Source of the DNA: an uncultured delta proteobacterium
GTDB lineage: Bacteria > Desulfobacterota > Desulfuromonadia > Geobacterales > DSM-12255
DNA length: 64,000 bases
Assembly (NCBI GenBank): GCA_963787125.1
Contig: CAWBBV010000001.1
Span: 224,001-288,000 of the forward strand
Direction of reading: 5' to 3'
Below are positions 1 through 7,914 of the stretch, piece after piece. The translations under genes and the position numbers were made by a program. The notes beneath the pieces were generated by a model, which was given only the letters and a program-made list of their open reading frames with translations, was not told the DNA's origin and ran no database searches. Each line of letters begins with the position of its first letter. Position 1 is the stretch's first letter.

Positions 1-1
1 C

Positions 2-709
2 CAGGAATATATGTGTCTCCCAGGAGACGATGAAACCGCCTTCCTGGAATACGACCTGATTGCCAAGAGCGAATACACTTCCCATGAGCAGTGGGAGCTG
101 AATTCTCCCGAAGATTGTCATGGCCGCCAACTTTATGCAGGCATCGATATTGGCCGCACCAAGGACTTGACCGTTCTCTGGATACTGGAACGGCTGGGCG
201 ACACGCTCTATACCCGCAAGGTTATCGAGCTGCGCAACATGAGCAAGCCAGACCAGGAAGCCGTCATGTGGCCGTGGGTGAATCATATGGCCCGTACCTG
301 CCAGGATTACACCGGTCTGGGGATTGGCTGGGGCGATGATGCCAAGAAACGTTACGGAGAGTATCGCTACGAGTGTGTAACCTTCACCGGCTTTGTCAAA
401 GAACAGCTTGCCTATCCGGTCAGAGGGAAGATGGAAGATCGTAAACTGCGAATACCTTTTTCCGGCGAAATCCGCGCCGATCTGCGCGCCGTCACCAAGG
501 AGACTACGCCATCCGGCAACATCCGTTTCAGTGCCGAACGTTCCGAAAACGGCCATGCTGACCGCTTCTGGGCGCTGGCGTTGGCAATCCAGGCAGCAGG
601 GACTGCGACAGGTAATACCTGGGGCGGCTCCAAGCCGGTCGGCGCAAATAACCCGTATGAGAAATACGATCACCAACGCACACGCGACCTTTTATCGGGG
701 TACAAATAA
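2..709 (+). CDS. Terminase large subunit, Mu gp28-like (C-terminal part, runs off left edge)
   Basis: Nuclease motifs GIDIGRTKD, DYTGLG and GHADRFWALALA. Frame is open to the window edge. Confidence 0.9.
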   Translation, partial: QEYMCLPGDDETAFLEYDLIAKSEYTSHEQWELNSPEDCHGRQLYAGIDIGRTKDLTVLWILERLGDTLYTRKVIELRNMSKPDQEAVMWPWVNHMARTCQDYTGLGIGWGDDAKKRYGEYRYECVTFTGFVKEQLAYPVRGKMEDRKLRIPFSGEIRADLRAVTKETTPSGNIRFSAERSENGHADRFWALALAIQAAGTATGNTWGGSKPVGANNPYEKYDHQRTRDLLSGYK

Positions 710-2214
710 TGAACAATAAAATTCACATCTCCGCTCAAGACTCCATCATCTTCGCCGAACCCGCTGGTCAGTCTCTCAGCGAAGAGATAGCCGTCCGCTC
801 CAGGAGTCTTGATTTCTTCACCCTGGGCAACATGTATCTGCCTAACCCGGACCCCGTCTTGAAAAGCCAGGGCAAGGACATCCAGGTCTACACCGACTTG
901 ATGATTGATGACCGGGTCGGCGGCGGCATGATCAACCGGATCCACGCGACGCTCTCCCTGGACTGGGAGATTGACAAGGGGAAGGGCGCCAAGACGCGGC
1001 AGGCAAAAGCGATCAAGGAGATTTATAGCCGCCTGGCGCTTAACCGCATCAATGAGGGAGTTCTCCGTAATGCCCGTGGTTTTGGTTTTGCCCCTCATGA
1101 AATTGTCTGGGGGAGCTGGAACGGTCTGACGGTCCCTATTGATATAATAGCCAAGCCCCAGCACTGGTTCTGTTTTGGTGCCGAGAAAAACGATTTGCGC
1201 TTTCGCTCCAAGGAGTGCCCGCTGCTGGGCGAGGAGCTGCCGCCGCGCAAATTCCTCTGCCCGACCAACGAATCCTCCTATGCCAACCCATACGGCCTGG
1301 CGCTCAATTCCCGCTGTTTCTGGCCGGTGATCTTTAAAAAAGGGGGTTGGCGCTTCTGGGTGCAGTTCTCCGAAAAGTTCGGCCAGGTCTGGCCCATCGG
1401 CAAACTCCCCCGCTCGGCCACGCCTGAACAACGCAGCGAGCTGCTTGATATTCTCTCGCAAATGGTTGCTGACGGCTGTGCAGTTATCCCGGATGACGGC
1501 TCCATCGATTTCAAGGAATCGGGCTCTAAAGGCGCTACCAGTGATCTTTACCGCGGCATCATCGCCGAAGCGAACAACGCCATCAGCACCGTCTGGCTGG
1601 GTCATGCCGGCGCCGGAGAGGCTGTCCCCGGCAAGCTTGGTTCCGATAAAACCGCCACCGACGTCCGTGATGACCTGCGTGATGCAGATAAATCACTCCT
1701 GGAAGAATTCCATAACAGTGCCATCGACTTCATTTGCCAGATTAACTGGGGTAGCGCCGATAACGCTCCGCGCTTTTCCCTCTGGGAAGAGGAAGACGTC
1801 GATACGCTCCAGGCGGAGAGGGACGTCAACCTCACCGCAGCCATGGAAAAAAGCGGCCTCAAGCTCTCACGCAAATACTATATTCGCGAGTACAACCTGG
1901 ATGAAGCCGATATCGAAGATGCACCGCTGGTAGCTCCGGTTGCCGTACAGCAACTGTCAGCGTCCACCTTTGCCGAGCAGCCCGTCCAGCCCATTGAGCT
2001 GCTGAAAGAGCGGATGGCAAAAGAAACCGCTGGTCCGGCAACAACGCTGATTGATGCTGCTGAAACGCTGCTCGATGAAGTCGAGACGCTCGAAGAGTTC
2101 CGCGATCGCTTGATCGAGCTGTATTCACAGGCGGATCCGGAACGGCTGGCAACTGTGCTGGCGCAGATGAATATGCTGGAGAATATGGCGGGAAGGGTGT
2201 CGGCTGAATCATGA
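709..2214 (+). CDS. Portal protein, Mu gp29/DUF935-like
   Basis: 501 aa directly after terminase. NPYGLAL..CFWP..FKK...W..F.EKFG motif. Confidence 0.9.
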   Translation: MNNKIHISAQDSIIFAEPAGQSLSEEIAVRSRSLDFFTLGNMYLPNPDPVLKSQGKDIQVYTDLMIDDRVGGGMINRIHATLSLDWEIDKGKGAKTRQAKAIKEIYSRLALNRINEGVLRNARGFGFAPHEIVWGSWNGLTVPIDIIAKPQHWFCFGAEKNDLRFRSKECPLLGEELPPRKFLCPTNESSYANPYGLALNSRCFWPVIFKKGGWRFWVQFSEKFGQVWPIGKLPRSATPEQRSELLDILSQMVADGCAVIPDDGSIDFKESGSKGATSDLYRGIIAEANNAISTVWLGHAGAGEAVPGKLGSDKTATDVRDDLRDADKSLLEEFHNSAIDFICQINWGSADNAPRFSLWEEEDVDTLQAERDVNLTAAMEKSGLKLSRKYYIREYNLDEADIEDAPLVAPVAVQQLSASTFAEQPVQPIELLKERMAKETAGPATTLIDAAETLLDEVETLEEFRDRLIELYSQADPERLATVLAQMNMLENMAGRVSAES

Positions 2215-3317
2215 TCGCTGCCGAGTTTAAACAGATCTTTAATCTCCCTTTCAGTGAGGCGAGCAGCTTCTTTAAGCAGAAGCTTAATATCCCGACCAGG
2301 GAGTGGACCGATCTTTGGCAGGGCGAGCACGCCAAAGGGTTCATGTCTGCCGGTGCCTATCATGCCGACCTGCTCACCGATCTGCGCGGCATGGTTGATA
2401 AAGCCATCGCCGGGGGGGTAACAAAGAAAGACTTCCGCGATCAATTCAGGCCGCTGGTGGCAAAGCATGGTTGGCAGCTCCAGGGAGGCGGTCCGGCCTG
2501 GCGTTCTGATCTCATCTGGCAGACTAACCGGGCAACGGCCTTTGCTGCCGGACGCTGGCAGCAGCTGGAGAGCGCCGGCATCAAGTATCTGCGCTATATC
2601 CATGCCGACGGCATTCGCCACCCAAGGCCGACACACCTGGCCATGCACGGCATCGTCCGGCCCAGGCTCGATGCTTTCTGGAGCGTCAACTATCCCCCTA
2701 ACGGTTTCCGCTGTCACTGCCGGGCCGAGCCGGTCAGTGATAAAGAGTACGCCACTACCCCGCAAAACCTGAAGCAGTTGCCGCCTGACTGGCAGACCGC
2801 GCCGGACGTTGGCTGGCGTTACAATGTTGGCAGTGAAGGGGCGCAAGAGGGCTACAAGGTGTTGGCTAAAAAGTTTGAAACCCTGCCGGAAGATATCGCC
2901 AGAGCATGGCTGAGTAATTTTATTAAAGAGCCAGCCTTTGCCCAGTTCTTTGCGCAAAAGATAGCGGGCGACTTCCCGGTGGCAATTCTGAATGAGGCGG
3001 ATAAGGCAGCTCTCGGGGCTACATCCCAGACGGTCTGGTTTTCGCCGAAGTCACTGGAAGAACACCTGGTGAAGCATCCGGATATTGGTGTTGAGGATTA
3101 TCAGAAAGTGCAGCGAGTGCTTGATGAAGGAGAGGTTTATCAGAAGTCCGGCAAGGAAGAGCGGCTGGTGTATCTGACGCTTGACGGAAAACTTTACCGG
3201 GCGGCGGTGAAGACGACCAAGGATAAGGCCGAGAACTTTTTTCTGACGCTGTTTGAAACAACGGACGAAAAGAGCAAAAGAGCACTGGTAGTGGGCCAAT
3301 ACAAAAGGATTCGATAA
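2211..3317 (+). CDS. MuF (gp30) head morphogenesis protein with C-terminal PBECR-like nuclease domain
   Basis: LPFSEA..FF..K, RPTH.AMHG and YPPNGFRCHC MuF motifs. Extension of ~130 aa containing HLVKHPDI...DY and YRAAVK...FFLTLF. Confidence 0.85.
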   Translation: MIAAEFKQIFNLPFSEASSFFKQKLNIPTREWTDLWQGEHAKGFMSAGAYHADLLTDLRGMVDKAIAGGVTKKDFRDQFRPLVAKHGWQLQGGGPAWRSDLIWQTNRATAFAAGRWQQLESAGIKYLRYIHADGIRHPRPTHLAMHGIVRPRLDAFWSVNYPPNGFRCHCRAEPVSDKEYATTPQNLKQLPPDWQTAPDVGWRYNVGSEGAQEGYKVLAKKFETLPEDIARAWLSNFIKEPAFAQFFAQKIAGDFPVAILNEADKAALGATSQTVWFSPKSLEEHLVKHPDIGVEDYQKVQRVLDEGEVYQKSGKEERLVYLTLDGKLYRAAVKTTKDKAENFFLTLFETTDEKSKRALVVGQYKRIR

Positions 3318-3410
3318 ACAAGGTGGGTCGCCATCTCCACTAGCCCTCATCAATGACTTTTCAGTCAAAGGGGTCGGCAGGCTGTAGCCGAGCATTGTTT
3401 ATTGAATCCT
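3306..3410. ncRNA. Candidate cloverleaf (four-way junction) RNA, probably transcribed on the minus strand
   Basis: 16-bp outer stem (3306-3321 with 3395-3410) encloses three hairpins. Minus-strand promoter-like TTGCTT-16-TATGCT at 3444-3417 and a U4 run at the 3' end. Confidence 0.6.
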
Positions 3411-3457
3411 GTAATCAGCATACCACCAGCTGCCGACAAAGCAAATGGAAATCAGCC

Positions 3458-4012
3458 ATGAACATCACTATCAAAATAACCGATTCCGAAGTAAAAGCCG
3501 CCCTGCAAAAGCTCTCGGCCAAAGTTACGGACATGACTCAGTGCATGGAGCGAATCGGCGTTTATTACGTCAAAAGCGTCCACGAGAATTTCGACAAGCA
3601 GCAGAGTCCGGACGGCACACCGTGGCAGAAGCTGTCAGCCACTACCCTGATGATGAAGCTGGGAGAGACCCGCACCGGCAAGAATGGTGTCTCTCGCCCT
3701 TATCTGCGTAAAGGCGGCGCACTCTCTGCCAAGGGCCGAAAGTATCTCCAGGGTAAGCGCATCCTTATTGAAAGCGGTGATCTGCGCGACTCCATTCATC
3801 ATCAGGCCGACAGCCATAGTGTTACCATCGGCACCAGCGGTATTCCCTACGCCCATGTCCACCAGTTCGGTACCGCCATCGCCGGTCGGGGCAGAAAAAC
3901 AAAGATTCCGGCCCGGCCCTATCTTGCCGTCAATAATGGCAGGGAGCTGGAGCTGGCTGCCAAGGATAAAAAAATGATCCTGGCAATCATTGAAGAGCAG
4001 TTCAAAATATAA
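3458..4012 (+). CDS. Virion morphogenesis protein, Mu gpG-like
   Basis: F..Q.SPDG.PW..L, L..SG.LRDSI, YA.VHQFG and IPARPYL motifs. ATG at 3458 chosen over the upstream ORF start. Confidence 0.9.
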   Translation: MNITIKITDSEVKAALQKLSAKVTDMTQCMERIGVYYVKSVHENFDKQQSPDGTPWQKLSATTLMMKLGETRTGKNGVSRPYLRKGGALSAKGRKYLQGKRILIESGDLRDSIHHQADSHSVTIGTSGIPYAHVHQFGTAIAGRGRKTKIPARPYLAVNNGRELELAAKDKKMILAIIEEQFKI

Positions 4013-4153
4013 TTAACCGTTTCGCCCTAAACTCCCCCACAAAGCGCCGTATCCCCCTCAAGCCGCCTCACCCCTGTATAAAATCCTAGCGCCGGACCTC
4101 GGCAAATTTAAAGCATGATTAAAGATGGTTTTTGAGCCAAGGGGAAACAGTTC

Positions 4154-4197
4154 TTATCCCCACATAAGAGAAATGATCCCCGCTCCTGTTATACGGT
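4154..4197 (+). promoter_or_regulatory. Mu P_I-like late promoter with C/Mor-type activator site
   Basis: TTAT-CCCCAC-ATAA (4154-4167) fits the Mu C consensus TTAT-N6-ATAA. TACGGT -10-like hexamer at 4192-4197 places the site at about -50 to -37, upstream of the protease gene as in Mu. Confidence 0.6.
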
Positions 4198-4238
4198 GCA
4201 GCTGCACCGCATAACAGGAGTAATCAAGGAGGGGGTAC

Positions 4239-5354
4239 ATGAACGAGTGGGACCTGGTATTTCGTACCGGCACACATATCGACGGTAACGGCAATAAGAA
4301 GGTTTGGACGGTTGCCGACCTGGACAAGATCGTTGCCGGCTTTAACCCCGCCTTTCACGAGCCGCCGCTGGTAATCGGCCATCCTTCCGATAACGCCCCC
4401 GCCTTTGGCTGGGTTGACGGCATCAAGCGGGACGGCAACGACCTGCTTCTTAAATACAAGGACGTCGCCCCCCAGTTCCAGGAGTGGGCCAAACAAAAGC
4501 TTTTTAAGAAAAAGTCTATCGCCATTTATCCCGACGGCTCACTGCGCCATGTCGGTTATATGGGCGCCATGCCGCCGGCCATCAAAGGCCTGCCCGATTA
4601 TCAGTTCAGTGACGGTGATCGAGGCGCAGCCGTTACTTTCGAGTTTTGCGACTGGCGCATGGGCACCATCGGCCGACTGATCATGAAGCTGCGTGACTAC
4701 CTGGTGGAAAAAGAAGGCGCCGACAAGGCCGATACAATCATTAGCTCTTGGGATGTCCAGGAGCTGTTAACCCCGCAGCCCGAGCAGGATTCAACTATAA
4801 GCAGTTTTACCGAGGAGGAAGACATGAAAGTAGAAGAAGTACAGACCCTGATAGACCAGGCACTGGCGAAACAGGACACGAAGTTTAGCGAGCAGCTTGC
4901 AGGGATCGCCACCAGCATCAAAGGTATTTCGACCCAGTTCGCTGAGCTGCAGACCGGCAATGCCGCCACTGCCCAGGCCAATCAGCGCAAGGAATTCTCC
5001 GAGTTTCTCCTGACCCCGGCCATGCAGAAACGAATTCCCGAGGCGCAGCGCGCCGCCACCGTCAGTCACCTGATGTCCCTGTTAGCGGCACCGGCCATCG
5101 AGTTTGGCGAGGGCGATCAGAAGAAGTCAGTTTCTGCCGTCGACACCTACAGAGAGCAGCTCGGCAAACTTCCCGAAGTGGTCGAGTTCAGTGAACTTGC
5201 TACCCACAGCCGTGTCGGCACCACCCAGGTCAACGGCATGGATGCCGCTGCAATCGCCAATAAAGCGACCGAGTTCAAAGAGTCCGAAGCCAAGGCCGGC
5301 CGCGAAATCAGCTTCACCGCCGCCGTCAGTCACGTAACCGGAAAAGGAGCGTAA
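4239..5354 (+). CDS. Prohead protease/scaffold, Mu gpI-like (probable internal scaffold start at 4824)
   Basis: PLVIGHP...APAFGWV and LRHVGYMGAMPPAIKGL motifs. In-frame GAGGAGG-N5-ATG at 4812-4826. Confidence 0.85.
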   Translation: MNEWDLVFRTGTHIDGNGNKKVWTVADLDKIVAGFNPAFHEPPLVIGHPSDNAPAFGWVDGIKRDGNDLLLKYKDVAPQFQEWAKQKLFKKKSIAIYPDGSLRHVGYMGAMPPAIKGLPDYQFSDGDRGAAVTFEFCDWRMGTIGRLIMKLRDYLVEKEGADKADTIISSWDVQELLTPQPEQDSTISSFTEEEDMKVEEVQTLIDQALAKQDTKFSEQLAGIATSIKGISTQFAELQTGNAATAQANQRKEFSEFLLTPAMQKRIPEAQRAATVSHLMSLLAAPAIEFGEGDQKKSVSAVDTYREQLGKLPEVVEFSELATHSRVGTTQVNGMDAAAIANKATEFKESEAKAGREISFTAAVSHVTGKGA

Positions 5355-5358
5355 GAAA

Positions 5359-5745
5359 ATGGGATATCAAGCCGCAATCATCAACAGGCTGGCCGGTGGC
5401 ACCATAGCGGCCTTCACCATCGTCAAGAAGGGTGCTGACGATAATAACGTCGTGGCTGCTGCCGCCGCCACCGACAAACTTCTCGGTGTAACTACCGGGC
5501 CGGTGCAGCTCACCTCCGCCACTGGCGACAGGGTTGACGTTGTTGTCCAGGGAGTTGCCGAGGTATTGGCTGGAGCCGCCTTTGTTGTCGGCGACAAGCT
5601 GACAAGCGATGCTTCCGGTCGGGCCATTGTCTCTGCTGCTGCTGCCGGCACCAATAACCCTGTAGTCGGAGTTGCACTGAAAGACGCGAGCGCTGCAGGG
5701 GATATCGTCCAGATTCTTGTTTCGCCGCAAACTTACCAGGGTTAA
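5359..5745 (+). CDS. Head decoration/cement protein (DUF2190-like)
   Basis: Small Ala/Gly-rich protein with GD.LTSDA.GRA and G.AL..A.AAGD.V, located between scaffold and capsid. Confidence 0.75.
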   Translation: MGYQAAIINRLAGGTIAAFTIVKKGADDNNVVAAAAATDKLLGVTTGPVQLTSATGDRVDVVVQGVAEVLAGAAFVVGDKLTSDASGRAIVSAAAAGTNNPVVGVALKDASAAGDIVQILVSPQTYQG

Positions 5746-5776
5746 CCCCTGACATAATTTACAAGGAGATCCTAAC

Positions 5777-6706
5777 ATGAGCTTTGCCCCTTTCCCCATA
5801 ACCCCGGAACTCACGGCGATCGCCATCGCCTACAAGAATACCTCGTTGATTGCCGACAATGTCCTCCCTCGCGTGCCGGTCGGGCGGCAGTCGTTCAAAC
5901 ACCGCTTATTTGCGCTGGGCGACGCCTTCACCCTCCCTGACACCAAGGTCGGCCGGACCTCTGCGCCGAACCGCGTCGAGTTCGGTTTTACCGAAGTTAC
6001 CTCCAGCACTTCCGATTACGCTCTCGATGATGCCATTCCGCAGGCTGATATCGAAAATGCTCCTCCGGGTTACAACCCGCTTGGCCGTGGCGTCGAGATG
6101 ATCACCAGCCTGATTCAGCTCGACCGTGAAGTCCGGACAGCAAATCTGGTATTCAACACGAACTCCTACGGCGCTTCCAACAAGCAGACCCTTTCCGGCA
6201 CCAGCCAGTTCAGCGACTTTGCCAACTCCGACCCGCTGGGAATTATCCTTGCCGCTCTCGACGGCTGTGTCATGCGACCGAATATCGGCGTTATCGGCCA
6301 GTCGGTCTGGACCAAGCTGCGCCAGCATCCCAAAGTCGTCAAGGCCGTCCTTGGCAATGCCGGTGATAGCGGTGTCGTATCCCGCGAGGCGGTTGCCCAG
6401 CTGCTGGAACTGGAGGCGCTCTATATTGGCAGCGGTTTTGTTAATACCGCAAAAAAAGGGCAGACAGCGACCATCTCGCGTTGCTGGGGTAAGCACATCT
6501 CCCTGATCTATCGCGATCATCTGGCTGATTCCAGCACCGGTACCACTTTCGGCTATACCGCCCAATTTGGCAGCCGGGTGGCCGGCAGCCAGAATGATCC
6601 GGATATCGGCATGAGAGGCGGCCAGCGTGTCCGTGCCGGCGAGTCGGTTGTTGAGCTGATCACCGCCAATGATCTCGGCTACTTCATCCAGAACGCGGTA
6701 GCATAG
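5777..6706 (+). CDS. Major capsid protein
   Basis: 309 aa, strong RBS, expected position. N-terminal PFP..PELTAIAIAY.N and C-terminal GYFIQNAVA typical of transposable siphovirus capsids. Confidence 0.85.
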   Translation: MSFAPFPITPELTAIAIAYKNTSLIADNVLPRVPVGRQSFKHRLFALGDAFTLPDTKVGRTSAPNRVEFGFTEVTSSTSDYALDDAIPQADIENAPPGYNPLGRGVEMITSLIQLDREVRTANLVFNTNSYGASNKQTLSGTSQFSDFANSDPLGIILAALDGCVMRPNIGVIGQSVWTKLRQHPKVVKAVLGNAGDSGVVSREAVAQLLELEALYIGSGFVNTAKKGQTATISRCWGKHISLIYRDHLADSSTGTTFGYTAQFGSRVAGSQNDPDIGMRGGQRVRAGESVVELITANDLGYFIQNAVA

Positions 6707-6709
6707 CTG

Positions 6710-6753
6710 CGGCTCCGCTCAGTTACCGCAGGATTGGTGGGTGAGCGGAGTCG
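6710..6753 (+). other. Long RNA hairpin immediately downstream of the capsid gene
   Basis: CGGCTCCGCTCA (6710-6721) pairs with TGAGCGGAGTCG (6742-6753), plus an inner stem. No U-tract. Confidence 0.6.
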
Positions 6754-6770
6754 AACCCAAAGGAGCAATC

Positions 6771-7052
6771 ATGAAATACCTCGTTATCGAACCATTGAAT
6801 CACGACCAGAAAGAGTACCCGCCCGGCTCTGAAGTCGAACTGACTGAAGCCCAGGCGGCCAGCCTGCAGCAGACCAATGTTGTCGGCCCGGCCATTGGTG
6901 GCGAAACCAGTGGCAGAGCCACTGCCGCTGATCTGATCGCCCAGATAGCTGCTGCCGAAACTGTCGATGCAGTTGACGCCATCCTCGGCACTGATGCCAG
7001 GGCAACGGTTGTCGCTGCTGCCAACAAGCGCCGGACAGAGTTGGCCGCTTAA
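6771..7052 (+). CDS. Small phage head-associated protein (Mu gp35 position)
   Basis: AGGAG RBS and ATG at 6771. Y.V..PL.HD...Y.PG..VEL motif. Confidence 0.7.
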   Translation: MKYLVIEPLNHDQKEYPPGSEVELTEAQAASLQQTNVVGPAIGGETSGRATAADLIAQIAAAETVDAVDAILGTDARATVVAAANKRRTELAA

Positions 7053-7053
7053 A

Positions 7054-7494
7054 ATGGCCTACAACACCCTCGATAAAATCAAGAAGTTGCGGATCCCCGA
7101 GGCGCTGCTGATTCAGCTCACCGATGACGCCGACCTCGGTATTATTGATGAGGAGATCGCTGCCGGTGTCATTGCCGGCAGCGACGCCCTCATTGACGGT
7201 TATCTGCGCGGTCGGCTGATTCTCCCCTTGAGTCCGGTACCGGACCTGATCCCGGAGTTAGCTCTCGACATCTATGCTTACGGGTTTTATGCCTTAAAAC
7301 CTGCCTTCGAGATGCCTAAAACCATCTCAGATCGTTACGCCGGCACAATAGCGACACTCAGGCTGATTCAGAAAGGCGACTTGAAACTCGGCGTGGCAGA
7401 GATTGAAACCCCGGCTGCAGGCGGCACTTCTGCCCAAAGTATCGCCACAACCCGAACTAAGCAGTTCAGTGACGAAAGGATGGATACTTACTGA
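7054..7494 (+). CDS. Head-tail adaptor, Mu gp36/DUF1320-like
   Basis: LIQLTDD, IDGYL.GR..LPL..VP and I..G.L.LG motifs. Confidence 0.88.
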   Translation: MAYNTLDKIKKLRIPEALLIQLTDDADLGIIDEEIAAGVIAGSDALIDGYLRGRLILPLSPVPDLIPELALDIYAYGFYALKPAFEMPKTISDRYAGTIATLRLIQKGDLKLGVAEIETPAAGGTSAQSIATTRTKQFSDERMDTY

Positions 7495-7901
7495 TGCTTA
7501 CCGAAGTCCAAAATGACATTCTCACCGCTCTCGATGGCCTCCCTGCCTTTCGGGAGCGCGGCGTCTGGCAGGGGGAGCTGGATGAACTGCTCAAAACCCC
7601 GCAAAAGCTCCCCTCAGTGCACGTCTGTCTGGTTACAGGTCAATTCGGCGGACCGAAGCTGATCCCGCCAACCGAGTCGCTGCTGAATATGGGTTGGGAC
7701 CTCATTATTGCTTACGAGTGTCTCAAAGATCGGCGGGTGTCGGCAGATCAGGGTTACGGTCTGATCGAGGCAGTCGTTGCCTGCTTGAAAGGGCTCCGGA
7801 CACAAAGGGGGCTGCTCTGGCCGGAAAGCCTCGATCTCCTCCAGTCCATCAATGGCAAAACCGTCTATGCAGTCAGGTTCTTAATCGAAAAAGAAATTTA
7901 A
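7494..7901 (+). CDS. Neck/tail-terminator protein (Mu gp37 position)
   Basis: Coupled to gp36, size and position fit. Confidence 0.65.
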   Translation: MLTEVQNDILTALDGLPAFRERGVWQGELDELLKTPQKLPSVHVCLVTGQFGGPKLIPPTESLLNMGWDLIIAYECLKDRRVSADQGYGLIEAVVACLKGLRTQRGLLWPESLDLLQSINGKTVYAVRFLIEKEI

Positions 7902-7914
7902 CCGGAGGTATTAA

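Noticed and set aside
3306..3410. Canonical tRNA gene
   Set aside because: No TTC T-loop, no 7-nt anticodon loop on a standard arm, no CCA, and the outer stem is 16 bp. Kept as a non-tRNA cloverleaf.
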